Assembly (NCBI GenBank): GCA_963674745.2
Contig: CAXXDV010000003.1
Location: 96,001 to 160,000 of the forward strand
Direction: 5' to 3'
DNA length: 64,000 bases
Source of the DNA: Desulfosudaceae bacterium
GTDB lineage: Bacteria > Desulfobacterota > Desulfobacteria > Desulfobacterales > Desulfosudaceae
The position numbers and the translations under genes were made by a program. The notes under the pieces were generated by a model that had not been told where the DNA came from, did no database searches, and was given only the letters and a program-made list of their open reading frames with translations. Numbering within the stretch: the first letter of the stretch is position 1; every line of letters starts with the position of its first letter. Positions 1-10,339 of this stretch are shown here, piece after piece.

Positions 1-75
1 ATTTCTGATGCTTCCAGAAAATTAGGATTGTTGTCCTGAAACGTTAGACAATTGGCAACAGCGGCATCCATGCCG

Positions 76-1479
76 TTATCGCTTCGGTGTAAGGTCGTGT
101 TTATTGATCAGACCGTAAATCCGGGATTTACTCATATCTGCAATTTTGACCATTTCCCGGATATCACCACCGGTGACAGCCAGCAGATTTTGGAAATATT
201 TCGCTTCGGCCGCTTCCAGCGCTGTTTTTCTGTAACCCTGCCAGCTTGTCATGTCCTGATCTGCGGTGAAGAGTGTTTCTTCCTCGTGTTCCGTAACGGG
301 CCTGGTTTGCTTGCGAATGACCGCCGACCGGATGTCCACCGGCAGATTTTTGTGAAACAAAGCCGGTGTCGATTTGGCCGAACAAATGACTTGATCCAGC
401 ACATTGACCAGTTCCCTGACGTTACCGGGCCATTCATAATCGTAAAGGCACTGCAGGAATTCCGGATGAATGGTTTTCGGGGGGATTGCCATACGGCGGC
501 AGATTCTGGCCTGGTAATGGTTGACCAGTTCCGGAATGTCTTCCTTCCGTTCCCTTAAGGGCGGTAACGTCAATTTTTGAGATTTGACGCGATACAGCAG
601 GTCACTTCGAAACGTACCCAGTTCAACCATTTCCTCCAGATTTCTGTTGGTCGCTGAAATTAATCGGAAGTCACTTTTTAATTCCGTCGTGCTGCCGACC
701 GGGCGAAATTTTTTATCTTCCAGCACTCTTAAGAATTTTTTCTGTATTTCCAGCGGCAATTCACCGATTTCATCTAAAAATAATGTTCCCTGGTGAGCCA
801 GCTTGATCAATCCGTCCCGGTCCCGGCCGGCGTCCGTAAAAGCGCCTTTAACATGGCCGAAAAGGCTGCTTTCGATCAGGGTTTCGCTGAGTGCTGTACA
901 ATCCACGACCATGAAGTGATTTTCCGCCCGCTGACTGTTCAGGTGGATGGCCCGGGCAAAAAGTTCTTTGCCGGTGCCTGTTTCTCCGGACAGAAGAACG
1001 CTGTGGTCGCCGTCAGCCGCTTCCGCCATCTGTCCCAGGCAGTCATTGATGGCCTGACTGTTGCCCACGATACCATTGCGTTTTAGAACCCGGCTTTTTT
1101 TGCTGATTTTTTTGGCCTCCCTGAATTGCAGGGCCCGTCGGATGGAGAGAATTATTTTTTTGATGTTGATCGGTTTTTCAACATAGTCCCAGGCGCCGTG
1201 TTCCAGGGCCAGGCCGGCGGCGTCCGAATGACCGTAGCCCGTAATGATAATGACTTCCGGGGAACCGGGGGCGTTGATAAAGGAGGAAATTGCCTCCAGT
1301 CCGCTGCCATCCGGGAGATTGATATCCAGAAGCACAATATCAATATTGTTGTCGGAAATTGTTTTGTGGGCTTCTGTCAGGGTGTGGGCGCTGACGGGGG
1401 TCCATCCTTCCTGGGATACGGTTTCCGTCAGCAGCAGGCAGATGGAAGGTTCGTCGTCTATAATCAGAATGGTTGCCAT
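76..1479 (-). CDS. Sigma-54-dependent response regulator (NtrC-type: REC-AAA+-HTH)
   Basis: N-terminal receiver (ILIIDDE, LLDINLPD), Walker A GETGTGKE, GAFTDA (GAFTGA-like) loop, LFLDEIGE, WPGNVREL. Confidence 0.95.
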   Translation of the reverse strand: MATILIIDDEPSICLLLTETVSQEGWTPVSAHTLTEAHKTISDNNIDIVLLDINLPDGSGLEAISSFINAPGSPEVIIITGYGHSDAAGLALEHGAWDYVEKPINIKKIILSIRRALQFREAKKISKKSRVLKRNGIVGNSQAINDCLGQMAEAADGDHSVLLSGETGTGKELFARAIHLNSQRAENHFMVVDCTALSETLIESSLFGHVKGAFTDAGRDRDGLIKLAHQGTLFLDEIGELPLEIQKKFLRVLEDKKFRPVGSTTELKSDFRLISATNRNLEEMVELGTFRSDLLYRVKSQKLTLPPLRERKEDIPELVNHYQARICRRMAIPPKTIHPEFLQCLYDYEWPGNVRELVNVLDQVICSAKSTPALFHKNLPVDIRSAVIRKQTRPVTEHEEETLFTADQDMTSWQGYRKTALEAAEAKYFQNLLAVTGGDIREMVKIADMSKSRIYGLINKHDLTPKR

Positions 1480-1497
1480 GTAGCCTCGTTTATAAGT

Positions 1498-4305
1498 TTA
1501 TCTGTGGTTTTTCCCTTCAAAAACCTGTTGTATGGCCTCTCGCAGCTGTTCCAGGGAGACGGGCTTCGATAACAACAGATCGATTGCGTCCGTTACTTTT
1601 TCTTCCGGTTCGAGCATGTCGCCGAACCCGGTCAGCATGATAACCGGCTTTCCCGGCGCAAATTTTTTGATGGCTCTGGCCAGGTCGTCCCCGTTCAGTT
1701 CCGGCATGGCATGATCTGTGATGACCAGGTCAAACCAGCCTTCATTGAATTTCCGCATGGCGTCCACACCGTCAACCGCGGTTTCCGTAAAGTGGTTGTC
1801 CTTTTTCAGGTATTCGTCCAGGAGGTATCGCTGACGCGCTTCATCATCAACGATCAGAATCCTCAATGCGTCGGGCCTTTGTCTGACAGGTTTGTTTTCC
1901 GTGGCCTTCGGCTCTTGGGGTCCGGCTTCGGGCAGTCGCAGAACGAAAGTCGTGCCTTTCCCCGGTTGACTGTGAATGTCAATCCGTCCCTGATGGCGTG
2001 TCATGATGCCCTGCACGGTTGCCAGCCCCAGGCCGCTGCCGGTTTCACCTTTGGTGGTGTAAAAAGGGTTCAGGCATTGGCGAAGAACCCCAGCCTCCAT
2101 GCCGATACCGTTATCACTGATTTCCAGGACGATCAGTCCCTGTTCACGACGGGTAACAAACCGGAGAATGCCACCTTCAGGCATGGCGTCTACAGCATTG
2201 AAAATCAGGTTGGTAATGACTTCATGCAGTTCGGTACGATTGCCGAGGGCCATTATTTCAGGCGTCAGTTGTTTTTCTATCGAGATGAAAGCGCCCCGGG
2301 TCTGGGCGTTGCTTTTCCAAATGGGCTCGGTCAGGGCCACGGCATCATCAATCAGCTGGTTGATATCAACCGGTTCGATAATTTCGTTGTCGCTGGGCCG
2401 GTAGAACTTCCGAAGCCGTCTGACGATCTGGGCCGCGTCTCTGGCCGAGGTGTTAATGAGCGTGATGTATTCTTTAACGGTATTGACATTGCTCATTTTT
2501 TTCGGGGTCTGGAGCAGCAGGTCGGAAAAACCCTGAATCGATGTCAGGGAGTTGTTAAAATCATGGGCAATGCCGCTTGCCATTTGAGACAGGGCTCTCT
2601 GCCGTTCATTGTCGACGATTCGGCGCTGGGTGCTTCGCAGTTCGTGGAGGGTTTTTTCCAGTTCATGCGTTTTCTGCTGAAGTTCCTGCTCATATCGTTT
2701 TCGGGTGGTGATGTCCCGACTGACACCGCCCACGGCCCACTGCTGGCCCTGTTTGTATATCGGATAAAGCGTATTCAGATAGGTAAACACCCCGTCTTTT
2801 TCTCTCTCATCATGTTCAAAAGAAGTGGGGTTGCCATGTTTGAAGACATGGGCGACCAGTCGTCGGAAACGGGTGGCGACATCCTGTGGATAAGCATCTT
2901 CCAGCTTTTTGCCGATCAGTGAGGCATTCCCGGGTAAAGCCTCTTGCTTGGCACGGTCATTGCTGAACAGGTATTCACCCTCCCGGTTGATCATGAAAAC
3001 ATGATCGGCTGAATATTCCACCAGCGCCCGGAATTTGGCTTCGCTTTCCCGTTGGGATTCTTCCGCCTGCATACGATCAGTTTCATCAACGTAAACGGCC
3101 ACGATTTCGTTGCCCGGCAGTTTGTAGACGTAGTTCCTTCGCCAGCTGGCAATCCGGTTGTCCTGGTAAAGGGCAACCGGGTGCTCTTCAGGCAGGCCGG
3201 TTTCGTTTACACGCTGAAAGACGTCAAGCAGGCCAAACGATTTGACGCCGGGAAAAACGTCTGTAACCTTTTTGTTGATGACGTCCGCTTTCGAGATTTT
3301 TTCGATCTTTTCGGCGGTTTCGTTAAAATCAATGATGACAAAGTCCTGTCCCCCGTCAACCGGCTGGAATACGGCCACGCCGACGGAAATATTGTTGAAC
3401 ATCGCCTGGTAACGCTGCTGGCTCCGGCGCAGGGCCATGGATGTTTTTTTGCGTTCGGTGACATCACTGATGGCCGTCAGAAAGCCGACCACCTGTCCCT
3501 GATCATCCATTTTGTAATTCCAGTCAACAATCACATCCACTGCTTTTCCGTTTTTGGTGAGGTTTCGCCCTTCCCATTGAAGCGGGGGGGGCTGCTCTTC
3601 GGCCAGTTGCTCAAGCAGTGTCAGCAGCCGCCGGCCTTCCTGTCGGGATTCAGACAGATCACTGATGCGCATTGTCTTCAAATCTTCGGTGGTATATCCA
3701 AATATTTTGGAATAGGCATTGTTGGTGAAAAGGAACTGTCCCTGCCGGTCAATTTCAGCAATTGGTGTCGGCACGGTGTCCACAATCGACCTGAGTCTTT
3801 GTTCGCTTTCCTTTAGGGCGGATTCCATGTCGATTATTTCTGTCATATCATCGCTGACACAGATGATCTTTTCCAGGTTCCCCTGTTCATCCCGGACCGC
3901 GTTAAATACCCCCCGGATATGTTTGACCTGGCCGTTACGATGGATGAGTCGGTAATATGCCTGGCGGCTGTCGTTTATCTCACCGGACAAGGCCTTGGTC
4001 AGCAACACCGACATGCGTTCTCTGTCTTCGGGATGAATGAGATCAAAACCGGTTTTCCCCAGCAGCTCTTCGGGTGCATAACCCAGTGCGTTTTTGTGGG
4101 ACGGGCTGAGATAGGTATATAATGCGTTTTTATCCAGAACGGCTACCATGGAACTGGTGACTTTCAGGACGAGTTCGGTATCCGCAACACTGCCCGGTAT
4201 CCGGGTAGTGCGCGGCTCTTGGCAACCGTTACTCAGGCGATTCCCGACAGATGCAAAAAACATCCGGTATACATGATTCATCGATCTGGTAAAAAAAGAT
4301 TTCAT
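1498..4305 (-). CDS. Hybrid sensor histidine kinase with multiple PAS domains and C-terminal receiver
   Basis: Several PAS/PAC repeats, H-box GIAHDFNN, N-box NLIFNAVDAM, G-boxes DNGIGM and GSGLGL, receiver ILIVDDE. No obvious TM segment. Exact start uncertain. Confidence 0.93.
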   Translation of the reverse strand: MKSFFTRSMNHVYRMFFASVGNRLSNGCQEPRTTRIPGSVADTELVLKVTSSMVAVLDKNALYTYLSPSHKNALGYAPEELLGKTGFDLIHPEDRERMSVLLTKALSGEINDSRQAYYRLIHRNGQVKHIRGVFNAVRDEQGNLEKIICVSDDMTEIIDMESALKESEQRLRSIVDTVPTPIAEIDRQGQFLFTNNAYSKIFGYTTEDLKTMRISDLSESRQEGRRLLTLLEQLAEEQPPPLQWEGRNLTKNGKAVDVIVDWNYKMDDQGQVVGFLTAISDVTERKKTSMALRRSQQRYQAMFNNISVGVAVFQPVDGGQDFVIIDFNETAEKIEKISKADVINKKVTDVFPGVKSFGLLDVFQRVNETGLPEEHPVALYQDNRIASWRRNYVYKLPGNEIVAVYVDETDRMQAEESQRESEAKFRALVEYSADHVFMINREGEYLFSNDRAKQEALPGNASLIGKKLEDAYPQDVATRFRRLVAHVFKHGNPTSFEHDEREKDGVFTYLNTLYPIYKQGQQWAVGGVSRDITTRKRYEQELQQKTHELEKTLHELRSTQRRIVDNERQRALSQMASGIAHDFNNSLTSIQGFSDLLLQTPKKMSNVNTVKEYITLINTSARDAAQIVRRLRKFYRPSDNEIIEPVDINQLIDDAVALTEPIWKSNAQTRGAFISIEKQLTPEIMALGNRTELHEVITNLIFNAVDAMPEGGILRFVTRREQGLIVLEISDNGIGMEAGVLRQCLNPFYTTKGETGSGLGLATVQGIMTRHQGRIDIHSQPGKGTTFVLRLPEAGPQEPKATENKPVRQRPDALRILIVDDEARQRYLLDEYLKKDNHFTETAVDGVDAMRKFNEGWFDLVITDHAMPELNGDDLARAIKKFAPGKPVIMLTGFGDMLEPEEKVTDAIDLLLSKPVSLEQLREAIQQVFEGKNHR

Positions 4306-4625
4306 TCAGACGCCTTCTTGAAGCCATTTATGTCGATATGCTCGGCTAATCCTGATTATCGTAACCGGCAATTTGACATCAACAGCCACAAAAATGACTA
4401 ATTTTTTACTTAACGTTGCCTGCCTGCCCCTTTTAAAAAACCATCATATCCAAATCATCATCAAAAAGCAATACGATCTGTTGGTTTTGCTGTTGTTGAA
4501 TATCGGCCCTATAATTATAACCTTGACAAAACAGCCGGTCACGGCGATTATTTGTTAAAAGTAAAAAGTTGAGCTTTTGACCTGTCCGGATACCAAACGG
4601 ATCACGAATAAAATTACGGCCGTTG

Positions 4626-5339
4626 ATGGTTTTTGACCAATTAAACAAAGGTTTTTTTCAGTTTTCCCAATTGCCTCCGGGAAAGGTTTTTCCCGGCATT
4701 GAGGGGGTTGATTTTGTTTCCCGGGTTGTTCCCCGGATCGGTTATGATGACGGCATTTCTGTCGCCAAAAAAGAACGTATCAGAACCATCATGCAATCCG
4801 GCTTGGACTCGGTCAGAATGAGCGGCATCACCCGCATGACTTCCATCGATGCCTGGGATAACGAAGGCCTGTCAGGCGGAGGACTGCAGATTAAAAGTCC
4901 GCAATGGGCAGGGGTCGTTTCCCGGATGACCGCACCGCGTCATTTAATCTGTTTCGTGCTGACACTGGGGGAAGCGTTCGACCGGATTAAGAAAGATAGG
5001 GCGCTTTTTGAAACCTATGTGCTTGACGGTTTGGGCTCGGAGCTGATCGAGACAGCCGCGCAGATGGCTGAAGAATATATTGCGGTTTGGGCCGAATCCA
5101 ATGCCATGGACTGCTCCCGAAGATTCAGTCCGGGATATTGCGACTGGCCGCTGCCGTCCGGCCAGAAGGCTGTTTTTAATTTTCTGCAACCGGACGCCAT
5201 CGGTGTCAAAGCGTTGTCCACCGGCGCCATGCTGCCTTCAAAATCCATCTCTGCCGTTATGATCACCGCCGATCAGGTGCCCCTGAAATGTCCCTGCCAA
5301 TTCTGCCCCCAACGGGATTGTGATCATCGACGTGTTTGA
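4626..5339 (+). CDS. Stand-alone B12-dependent methionine synthase activation-domain-like protein
   Basis: RRFSPGYCDW and MLPSKSISAV motifs with Cys-rich tail CPCQFCPQRDCDHRR. ATG at 4626 (TTG at 4623). Confidence 0.75.
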   Translation: MVFDQLNKGFFQFSQLPPGKVFPGIEGVDFVSRVVPRIGYDDGISVAKKERIRTIMQSGLDSVRMSGITRMTSIDAWDNEGLSGGGLQIKSPQWAGVVSRMTAPRHLICFVLTLGEAFDRIKKDRALFETYVLDGLGSELIETAAQMAEEYIAVWAESNAMDCSRRFSPGYCDWPLPSGQKAVFNFLQPDAIGVKALSTGAMLPSKSISAVMITADQVPLKCPCQFCPQRDCDHRRV

Positions 5340-5441
5340 CGGGTGTATCGGGAAGTCATTGATTGTTTTGATTGTTTGTGGTTTAGGATGAATTGCCATT
5401 ATCAGACGGGGCCTTAATATTTCGGGTTTAGGGAGATTGTC

Positions 5442-7277
5442 ATGGATAAATTATCACCAGACAAAGATATTGATCAACAGTTGTCCGACCTCAAACAGAA
5501 AATTGTTTCTTATGAAAAGAGTAACCAGTTTTTTGAAATGCTGGTGAGAAGCCTGCCCGGTTTGTTCTATCTTTTTGACAGTAGTTTTAATGTGCTCAAG
5601 TGGAATCGCAATGTGGAACAGATCACCGGTTATACCCGGGAGGACCTTCCCGCTCTGAAGCTGATTGATCTGTTTGATGGAGAAGACCTGATCAAAGTTC
5701 AAAAGGTCGTGAACGATGTTCTTAACGGTCACCAGGGTGAGGTCGAAGCCGAGCTGATTACCAAAACCGGAGAGCGTCGCCCGTTTCATTTTACCGGCGT
5801 GGGCGCCACGATTGATAATGAATCCTATCTGGTCGGTGTCGGTCTCGATATGAGCGTTTATAAACAAACGCTCAAAGAGTTGCAGGAGAATGAAGCGCTT
5901 TACCGGCTTCTGGCGGAACGGATGACCGAAGGCGTCGTGCTGCTGAAGAATTTCAAGATATTGTTTGCCAACAATGCTTTTCTCAGGATTTTCGGTTATA
6001 AAGATCCCCAATCCATAATCGGCAGTAATTTGAGAGAAATGATCGCCAAGGGTTTTGAGATTTATTTTCAGGATCTGTGCGACGCCCTTGAAACCGGCGT
6101 CTGTAACGAACGGTTTTTCCAGGCCCGGTGGCTGAATACAAACAAAGACGTATTGTGGGTTGAAGGCATCGGCAACCGCCTGGAGTGGAAGGGTGCACCG
6201 ACGGTTTTTCTGACCGTCCGGGATATTACCGAGGCTAAACAGAAAGAAATATCCATGCAGGAAGAAGCCGATAACCTTCGGCGGCAGAATGTCAAGCTGC
6301 GGTCTTCGATTCAGGAACGGTACCGGTTCGGGAAAATCGTCGGAAAAAGCCCTGCCATGCAGCGGATTTATGAGCAGATCCTCAATGCTTCCGGCACCCA
6401 TGCCAGTGTCGTGATCTACGGGGAGTCCGGCACGGGCAAGGAACTGGTGGCCCGGGCGATTCATGATATGAGCCGCAGGGCCGGAAAGAATTTCGTGCCG
6501 GTCAATTCTTCGGCCATTCCCGAGAATCTGCTGGAAAGTGAATTCTTCGGCCACAAGAAGGGCGCTTTTACCGGGGCTCATGCCGATAGGGCCGGATACC
6601 TGGACATGGCCAACGGGGGAACGTTGTTTCTGGATGAAGTGGGTGATTTGAACATCAATCTCCAGGCCAAACTTCTGCGCGCCCTGGAAGAAGGCACTTA
6701 TTCACCGGTCGGCAGCAGTGTCGTCAAGCATTCGGATTTCCGGCTTCTTTCCGCGACCAATAAAAATTTAAAGGCCATGATCCGCGAGGGAGAGCTGAGG
6801 GAAGATTTTTTTTACCGCATCCATATCCTGCCGATTACGCTGCCGCCTTTAAGAGATCGGAAAGAGGATATCCCGCTGATTGCGGAAGATTTCTTAAAAA
6901 GACTGGTCGTGGACAACAAAATTCAGATTCCGGGCCCGGTGCTGGAGGCCTTGATGGCCTATGCCTGGCCGGGCAATGTCCGTGAACTGCAGAATGTGAT
7001 TCAGCGTTACCTGGCGGTCGGCAGTGTGGATTTCCTGGAAACGGGTCAGGCTGAAAAGGACGCGTCGGTTGTGAATGAGTCCCCGGGGAAAGAAAAAATG
7101 GCATTAGGCGCTTCGGCGGAATTTGAAAGCCTTCAGGACAATGTCGATGCCCTGGAAAAAGCCCTGATTGAAAAAAGCCTGCGGGAATGTCGTGGTAATA
7201 AAAGCAAGGTTGCCCAGAAACTGAAAATTTCACGCAAAACCCTGTCAAGAAAAATGGAACGGCTACAGCTGGAATAG
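5442..7277 (+). CDS. PAS-domain sigma-54 enhancer-binding protein (Fis-type HTH), probable activator of the alkane operons
   Basis: Two PAS domains, GESGTGKE, GAFTGA, WPGNVRELQN, C-terminal HTH. Lies directly upstream of a -24/-12 promoter. Confidence 0.93.
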   Translation: MDKLSPDKDIDQQLSDLKQKIVSYEKSNQFFEMLVRSLPGLFYLFDSSFNVLKWNRNVEQITGYTREDLPALKLIDLFDGEDLIKVQKVVNDVLNGHQGEVEAELITKTGERRPFHFTGVGATIDNESYLVGVGLDMSVYKQTLKELQENEALYRLLAERMTEGVVLLKNFKILFANNAFLRIFGYKDPQSIIGSNLREMIAKGFEIYFQDLCDALETGVCNERFFQARWLNTNKDVLWVEGIGNRLEWKGAPTVFLTVRDITEAKQKEISMQEEADNLRRQNVKLRSSIQERYRFGKIVGKSPAMQRIYEQILNASGTHASVVIYGESGTGKELVARAIHDMSRRAGKNFVPVNSSAIPENLLESEFFGHKKGAFTGAHADRAGYLDMANGGTLFLDEVGDLNINLQAKLLRALEEGTYSPVGSSVVKHSDFRLLSATNKNLKAMIREGELREDFFYRIHILPITLPPLRDRKEDIPLIAEDFLKRLVVDNKIQIPGPVLEALMAYAWPGNVRELQNVIQRYLAVGSVDFLETGQAEKDASVVNESPGKEKMALGASAEFESLQDNVDALEKALIEKSLRECRGNKSKVAQKLKISRKTLSRKMERLQLE

Positions 7278-7636
7278 CCAGGGGCGTGCCGGGTCCGGGG
7301 GGTAAAGATTGATCAGTTCCCCTGCATGTCGGGTTGTTTGTATCCAAAATGGGGCGTTTGTTACCATTTTATATGTTGCCCCCCGGAAAAGTTACAAAAC
7401 GTCCATTCCGGATGCTTTCATGCCTTTTGTGTAAATACATGCATCATGAAGTACTACCTGAAAATGATAATAACCGTCTAAAATAAATATATATTTTAGT
7501 TCATTCCCGCCACTGATTCCTTTATCCCCACATTTTTCGACACGGTTGTCAAGTCTGGTTCCACACAATCGCTTCTTATATGTTTTTATTAGTAATAACA
7601 ATAATATAATTACTAACCGGCAACTATGATGGTTTC

Positions 7637-7652
7637 TGGCATTCTATTTGCT
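7637..7652 (+). promoter_or_regulatory. Sigma-54 (-24/-12) promoter for the mutase-meaB-...-assD operon
   Basis: TGGCATTCTATTTGCT matches TGGCAC-N5-TTGCW with correct GG/GC spacing, about 85 nt before the ATG, after an AT-rich tract. Confidence 0.8.
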
Positions 7653-7735
7653 TTGTTAAGGCCATACAGAACCGTACAAAGTTAGTTTTGTGAATTTATG
7701 ACAGGTCATTGTTAACAAACAGGATCGGAGGAATA

Positions 7736-8152
7736 ATGAACCAGGAACATAAAATTCGTGTCCTTGTCGCTAAACCGGGGCTGGATGGCCATGAAAGAGG
7801 TGCCAGGGTTGTCGCTTATGGACTTCGGGATGCCGGGTTCGAGGTGATTTACACCGGGTTACGTCAGACGCCGGGGCAGATCGCCAAAGCGGCGGTTGAT
7901 GAAGATGTGGACGTTATTGGATTGTCCATATTATCCGGTGCCCACCTGTTGCTTACCAGGGAGGTCATCAATAACCTTCGTGAACTCGAGGCCGACGATA
8001 TCATTGTTCTGGTGGGCGGAGTCGTTCCGGAAAACGATTTTTCAGAATTGAAGGAAATGGGGGTTACCGAAATCTTTACTTCCGGTACGCCCATATCCGC
8101 TATTGCAGAAACGATTCAAAACACAACTGCGGCCAGGCGGAATGCCTCATAG
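7736..8152 (+). CDS. Acyl-CoA mutase small (cobalamin-binding) subunit
   Basis: [10 protein letters not shown] (DxHxxG), [23 protein letters not shown] before ATG 7736. Confidence 0.95.
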   Translation: MNQEHKIRVLVAKPGLDGHERGARVVAYGLRDAGFEVIYTGLRQTPGQIAKAAVDEDVDVIGLSILSGAHLLLTREVINNLRELEADDIIVLVGGVVPENDFSELKEMGVTEIFTSGTPISAIAETIQNTTAARRNAS

Positions 8153-8211
8153 AAAAGTAGTCCTGCCTTTAACTTTAACTGATTAAATACTCGGATATGT
8201 ACGAGGTGTTT

Positions 8212-9972
8212 ATGTTTCAAGATGATGAAAAAGAGATGGAAAAGATAAAGCATGCTGAAGAAAATTGGCGAAAAAACCTGCTTGAGAAACGGGTCGAGCG
8301 GTTTAATCTGGCCAAAAGTCCGACAACCTTTTACAGCCCGGCTGCTTTGACAAAACATGATTTTATGGAAAAGGTCGGTTTCCCCGGTGAGTATCCCTTT
8401 ACGGCCGGCAATAACCCTTTTGATTTCTGGCGGGCTTTTGCCGAAGACGCCGCTAAAATGGGATATCGCCCGGATTGGGGCGGAGCCGGAAAAGTCGGCA
8501 AGTACGGCGGATTCGGCACCCCGGCCGATTACCGCGACTACCTCTTTCGCATGCAGTCCATGGGAAGAAAAGGCGGTCCCAATATTGCTTTTGACCTGGC
8601 CACCCAGTGTGGCTATGATCCGGACAGCGCCCGGGCCATCGGCGAAATCGGACGCGTCGGCGTGTCGGTGGCTTCTTTCCGGGATTTTCAGATCATTTAT
8701 GAAGCCTATACCGGTGATCTTGATATTGACAAAGTGCCGTCCAATTTCACCATCAATGCGCCGGCAGCCGTTATTATCGCCATGTATGCCGTGCTGGCAA
8801 AAAAACGGGGTATCCCCCTGGAACACCTGGCCGGTACGCCTCAGAACGACATCCTCAAAGAGTTTATCGCCCGCGGCACCTATATTTTTCCGCCGCGGCA
8901 ATCCATGCGCCTGTTCCGGGACATCTGCGCTTTTTGCGTGGGACATATGCCCAGGCTCAACATCAATAGTATCGGGGGTTATCATATCCGTGAAGCCGGC
9001 GCCAGTCGGGTTCAGGACCTGGCCTTTTCCCTGGCCAACGGCAAAGCCTATATTCAGGCCGGCCTTGAAGCCGGGCTGGAAGTTGACGCGTTTGCCCCCC
9101 GGTTTACCTTTAATGCCTTTGGGGGCAGCATGGAAATGTACCAGGAGATCGCCTTTCAGAGGGCGGCCCGACGCATGTGGGCCAGAATGCTCAAAGAGGA
9201 ATTCGGGGCTAAGGATAAGCGCAGCATGATCATCCGCCAGCCCATTACCGCTCATATCGGTTGTTCTTCCACCACCCTCAACCGGCCGCTGAACAACCTG
9301 GCCCGGGCGGTTGTGGGCGGCCTGGCGGCCGGTATGTCCGGCGGCATGCCGGGTGTGTATCCGCCTTTTGATGAACCCCTGGGCCTGGGCCACAGCCAGG
9401 AGGCGGTTCAGTTGCAACTGGATGCCACGCGCATCATGATTTACGAAGCCAAAGTCGCCGATGTCAACGACCCCTGGGCCGGATCTTATTTTATGGAGTC
9501 CCTGACCGATGAAATCGAGACGGACGCACTGGCGGAGATGAAAAAAATCGACGACATGGGCGGCGCGGTGGCGGCCATCGAAAGCGGTTACATGCAACGG
9601 GCCGTGGCCAGAAGTGCTTATGAGCGGCAAAAACAGATCGAACGCCAGGAAACGTTCCTGGTCGGGGTCAACTGTTTTACCGGCGAGAACGAAATCACCG
9701 TCAACGTCAATCGCGAGGTCGAGGCCACCTATGACCCGGAACTGATGAAGACCGCCGAAGAGCGGCAGAAAGCGGCACTGGCACAGTTAAAACAGGAAAG
9801 AGATGATAAGGCCGTATCCGGTGCCCTGGCGACGTTAAAAGGCCATGCCGCCGATCCGGATAAAAACCTGATGCCGGGTATCTGTGACTGTGTTGAACAG
9901 GAGGCTACCCTGCAGGAGATATGCGATGTGCTCAGGGAGGTGTTTGGAGAGGCGGAGCCGGTCAAGCTCTAA
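8212..9972 (+). CDS. Methylmalonyl-CoA mutase-family large subunit, probably (1-methylalkyl)succinyl-CoA mutase
   Basis: PGEYPFT, QNDILKEFIARGTY, GGYHIREAG, DPWAGSYFMESLT, VGVNCF. RBS GAGGTG before ATG 8212. Substrate inferred from context. Confidence 0.9.
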   Translation: MFQDDEKEMEKIKHAEENWRKNLLEKRVERFNLAKSPTTFYSPAALTKHDFMEKVGFPGEYPFTAGNNPFDFWRAFAEDAAKMGYRPDWGGAGKVGKYGGFGTPADYRDYLFRMQSMGRKGGPNIAFDLATQCGYDPDSARAIGEIGRVGVSVASFRDFQIIYEAYTGDLDIDKVPSNFTINAPAAVIIAMYAVLAKKRGIPLEHLAGTPQNDILKEFIARGTYIFPPRQSMRLFRDICAFCVGHMPRLNINSIGGYHIREAGASRVQDLAFSLANGKAYIQAGLEAGLEVDAFAPRFTFNAFGGSMEMYQEIAFQRAARRMWARMLKEEFGAKDKRSMIIRQPITAHIGCSSTTLNRPLNNLARAVVGGLAAGMSGGMPGVYPPFDEPLGLGHSQEAVQLQLDATRIMIYEAKVADVNDPWAGSYFMESLTDEIETDALAEMKKIDDMGGAVAAIESGYMQRAVARSAYERQKQIERQETFLVGVNCFTGENEITVNVNREVEATYDPELMKTAEERQKAALAQLKQERDDKAVSGALATLKGHAADPDKNLMPGICDCVEQEATLQEICDVLREVFGEAEPVKL

Positions 9973-10095
9973 AAATTGCCTTTTGGCCCGATGTCGGCGT
10001 TGTGCTCAAATTTTAATCCTCGAAATACGCCAAGTATTCCTCCGGTTAAAATTTTCGCACGCCTTGACCTCGAACCAAAATTCAAATTTTTAGAG
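9967..10095. repeat. MITE-like element with 11-bp terminal inverted repeats
   Basis: CTCTAAAAATT (9967-9977) and AATTTTTAGAG (10085-10095). The left end contains the mutase TAA stop. Confidence 0.6.
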
Positions 10096-10110
10096 ATACC
10101 CTTAAGTACT

Positions 10111-10298
10111 AATGCTCTCGTTAAAAAAGAAGAATAGATGGCAAAGTACAAAGTTCTAGTCCGGCTTAAAATTGGGGGCGTGCAAATCCTGAGGAATGCA
10201 GAGTACTTAAAGTACGTGAAATCCCGAAGGGCGCGGCGCAACACAGATCTTGAACTTTTTACTTTGCCATCCCAGTTTCGACTTTTTACGAATGCATC
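10111..10298. repeat. Nested MITE-like repeat (GATGGC...GCCATC family)
   Basis: Inner ends GATGGCAAAGTACAAAGTTC / GAACTTTTTACTTTGCCATC (10137-10271). The body is the inverted homolog of 26608-26731. Confidence 0.7.
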
Positions 10299-10339
10299 AA
10301 AATTGCTTCGATGCAAAATGGATAACGAAGGGTCGTTTT

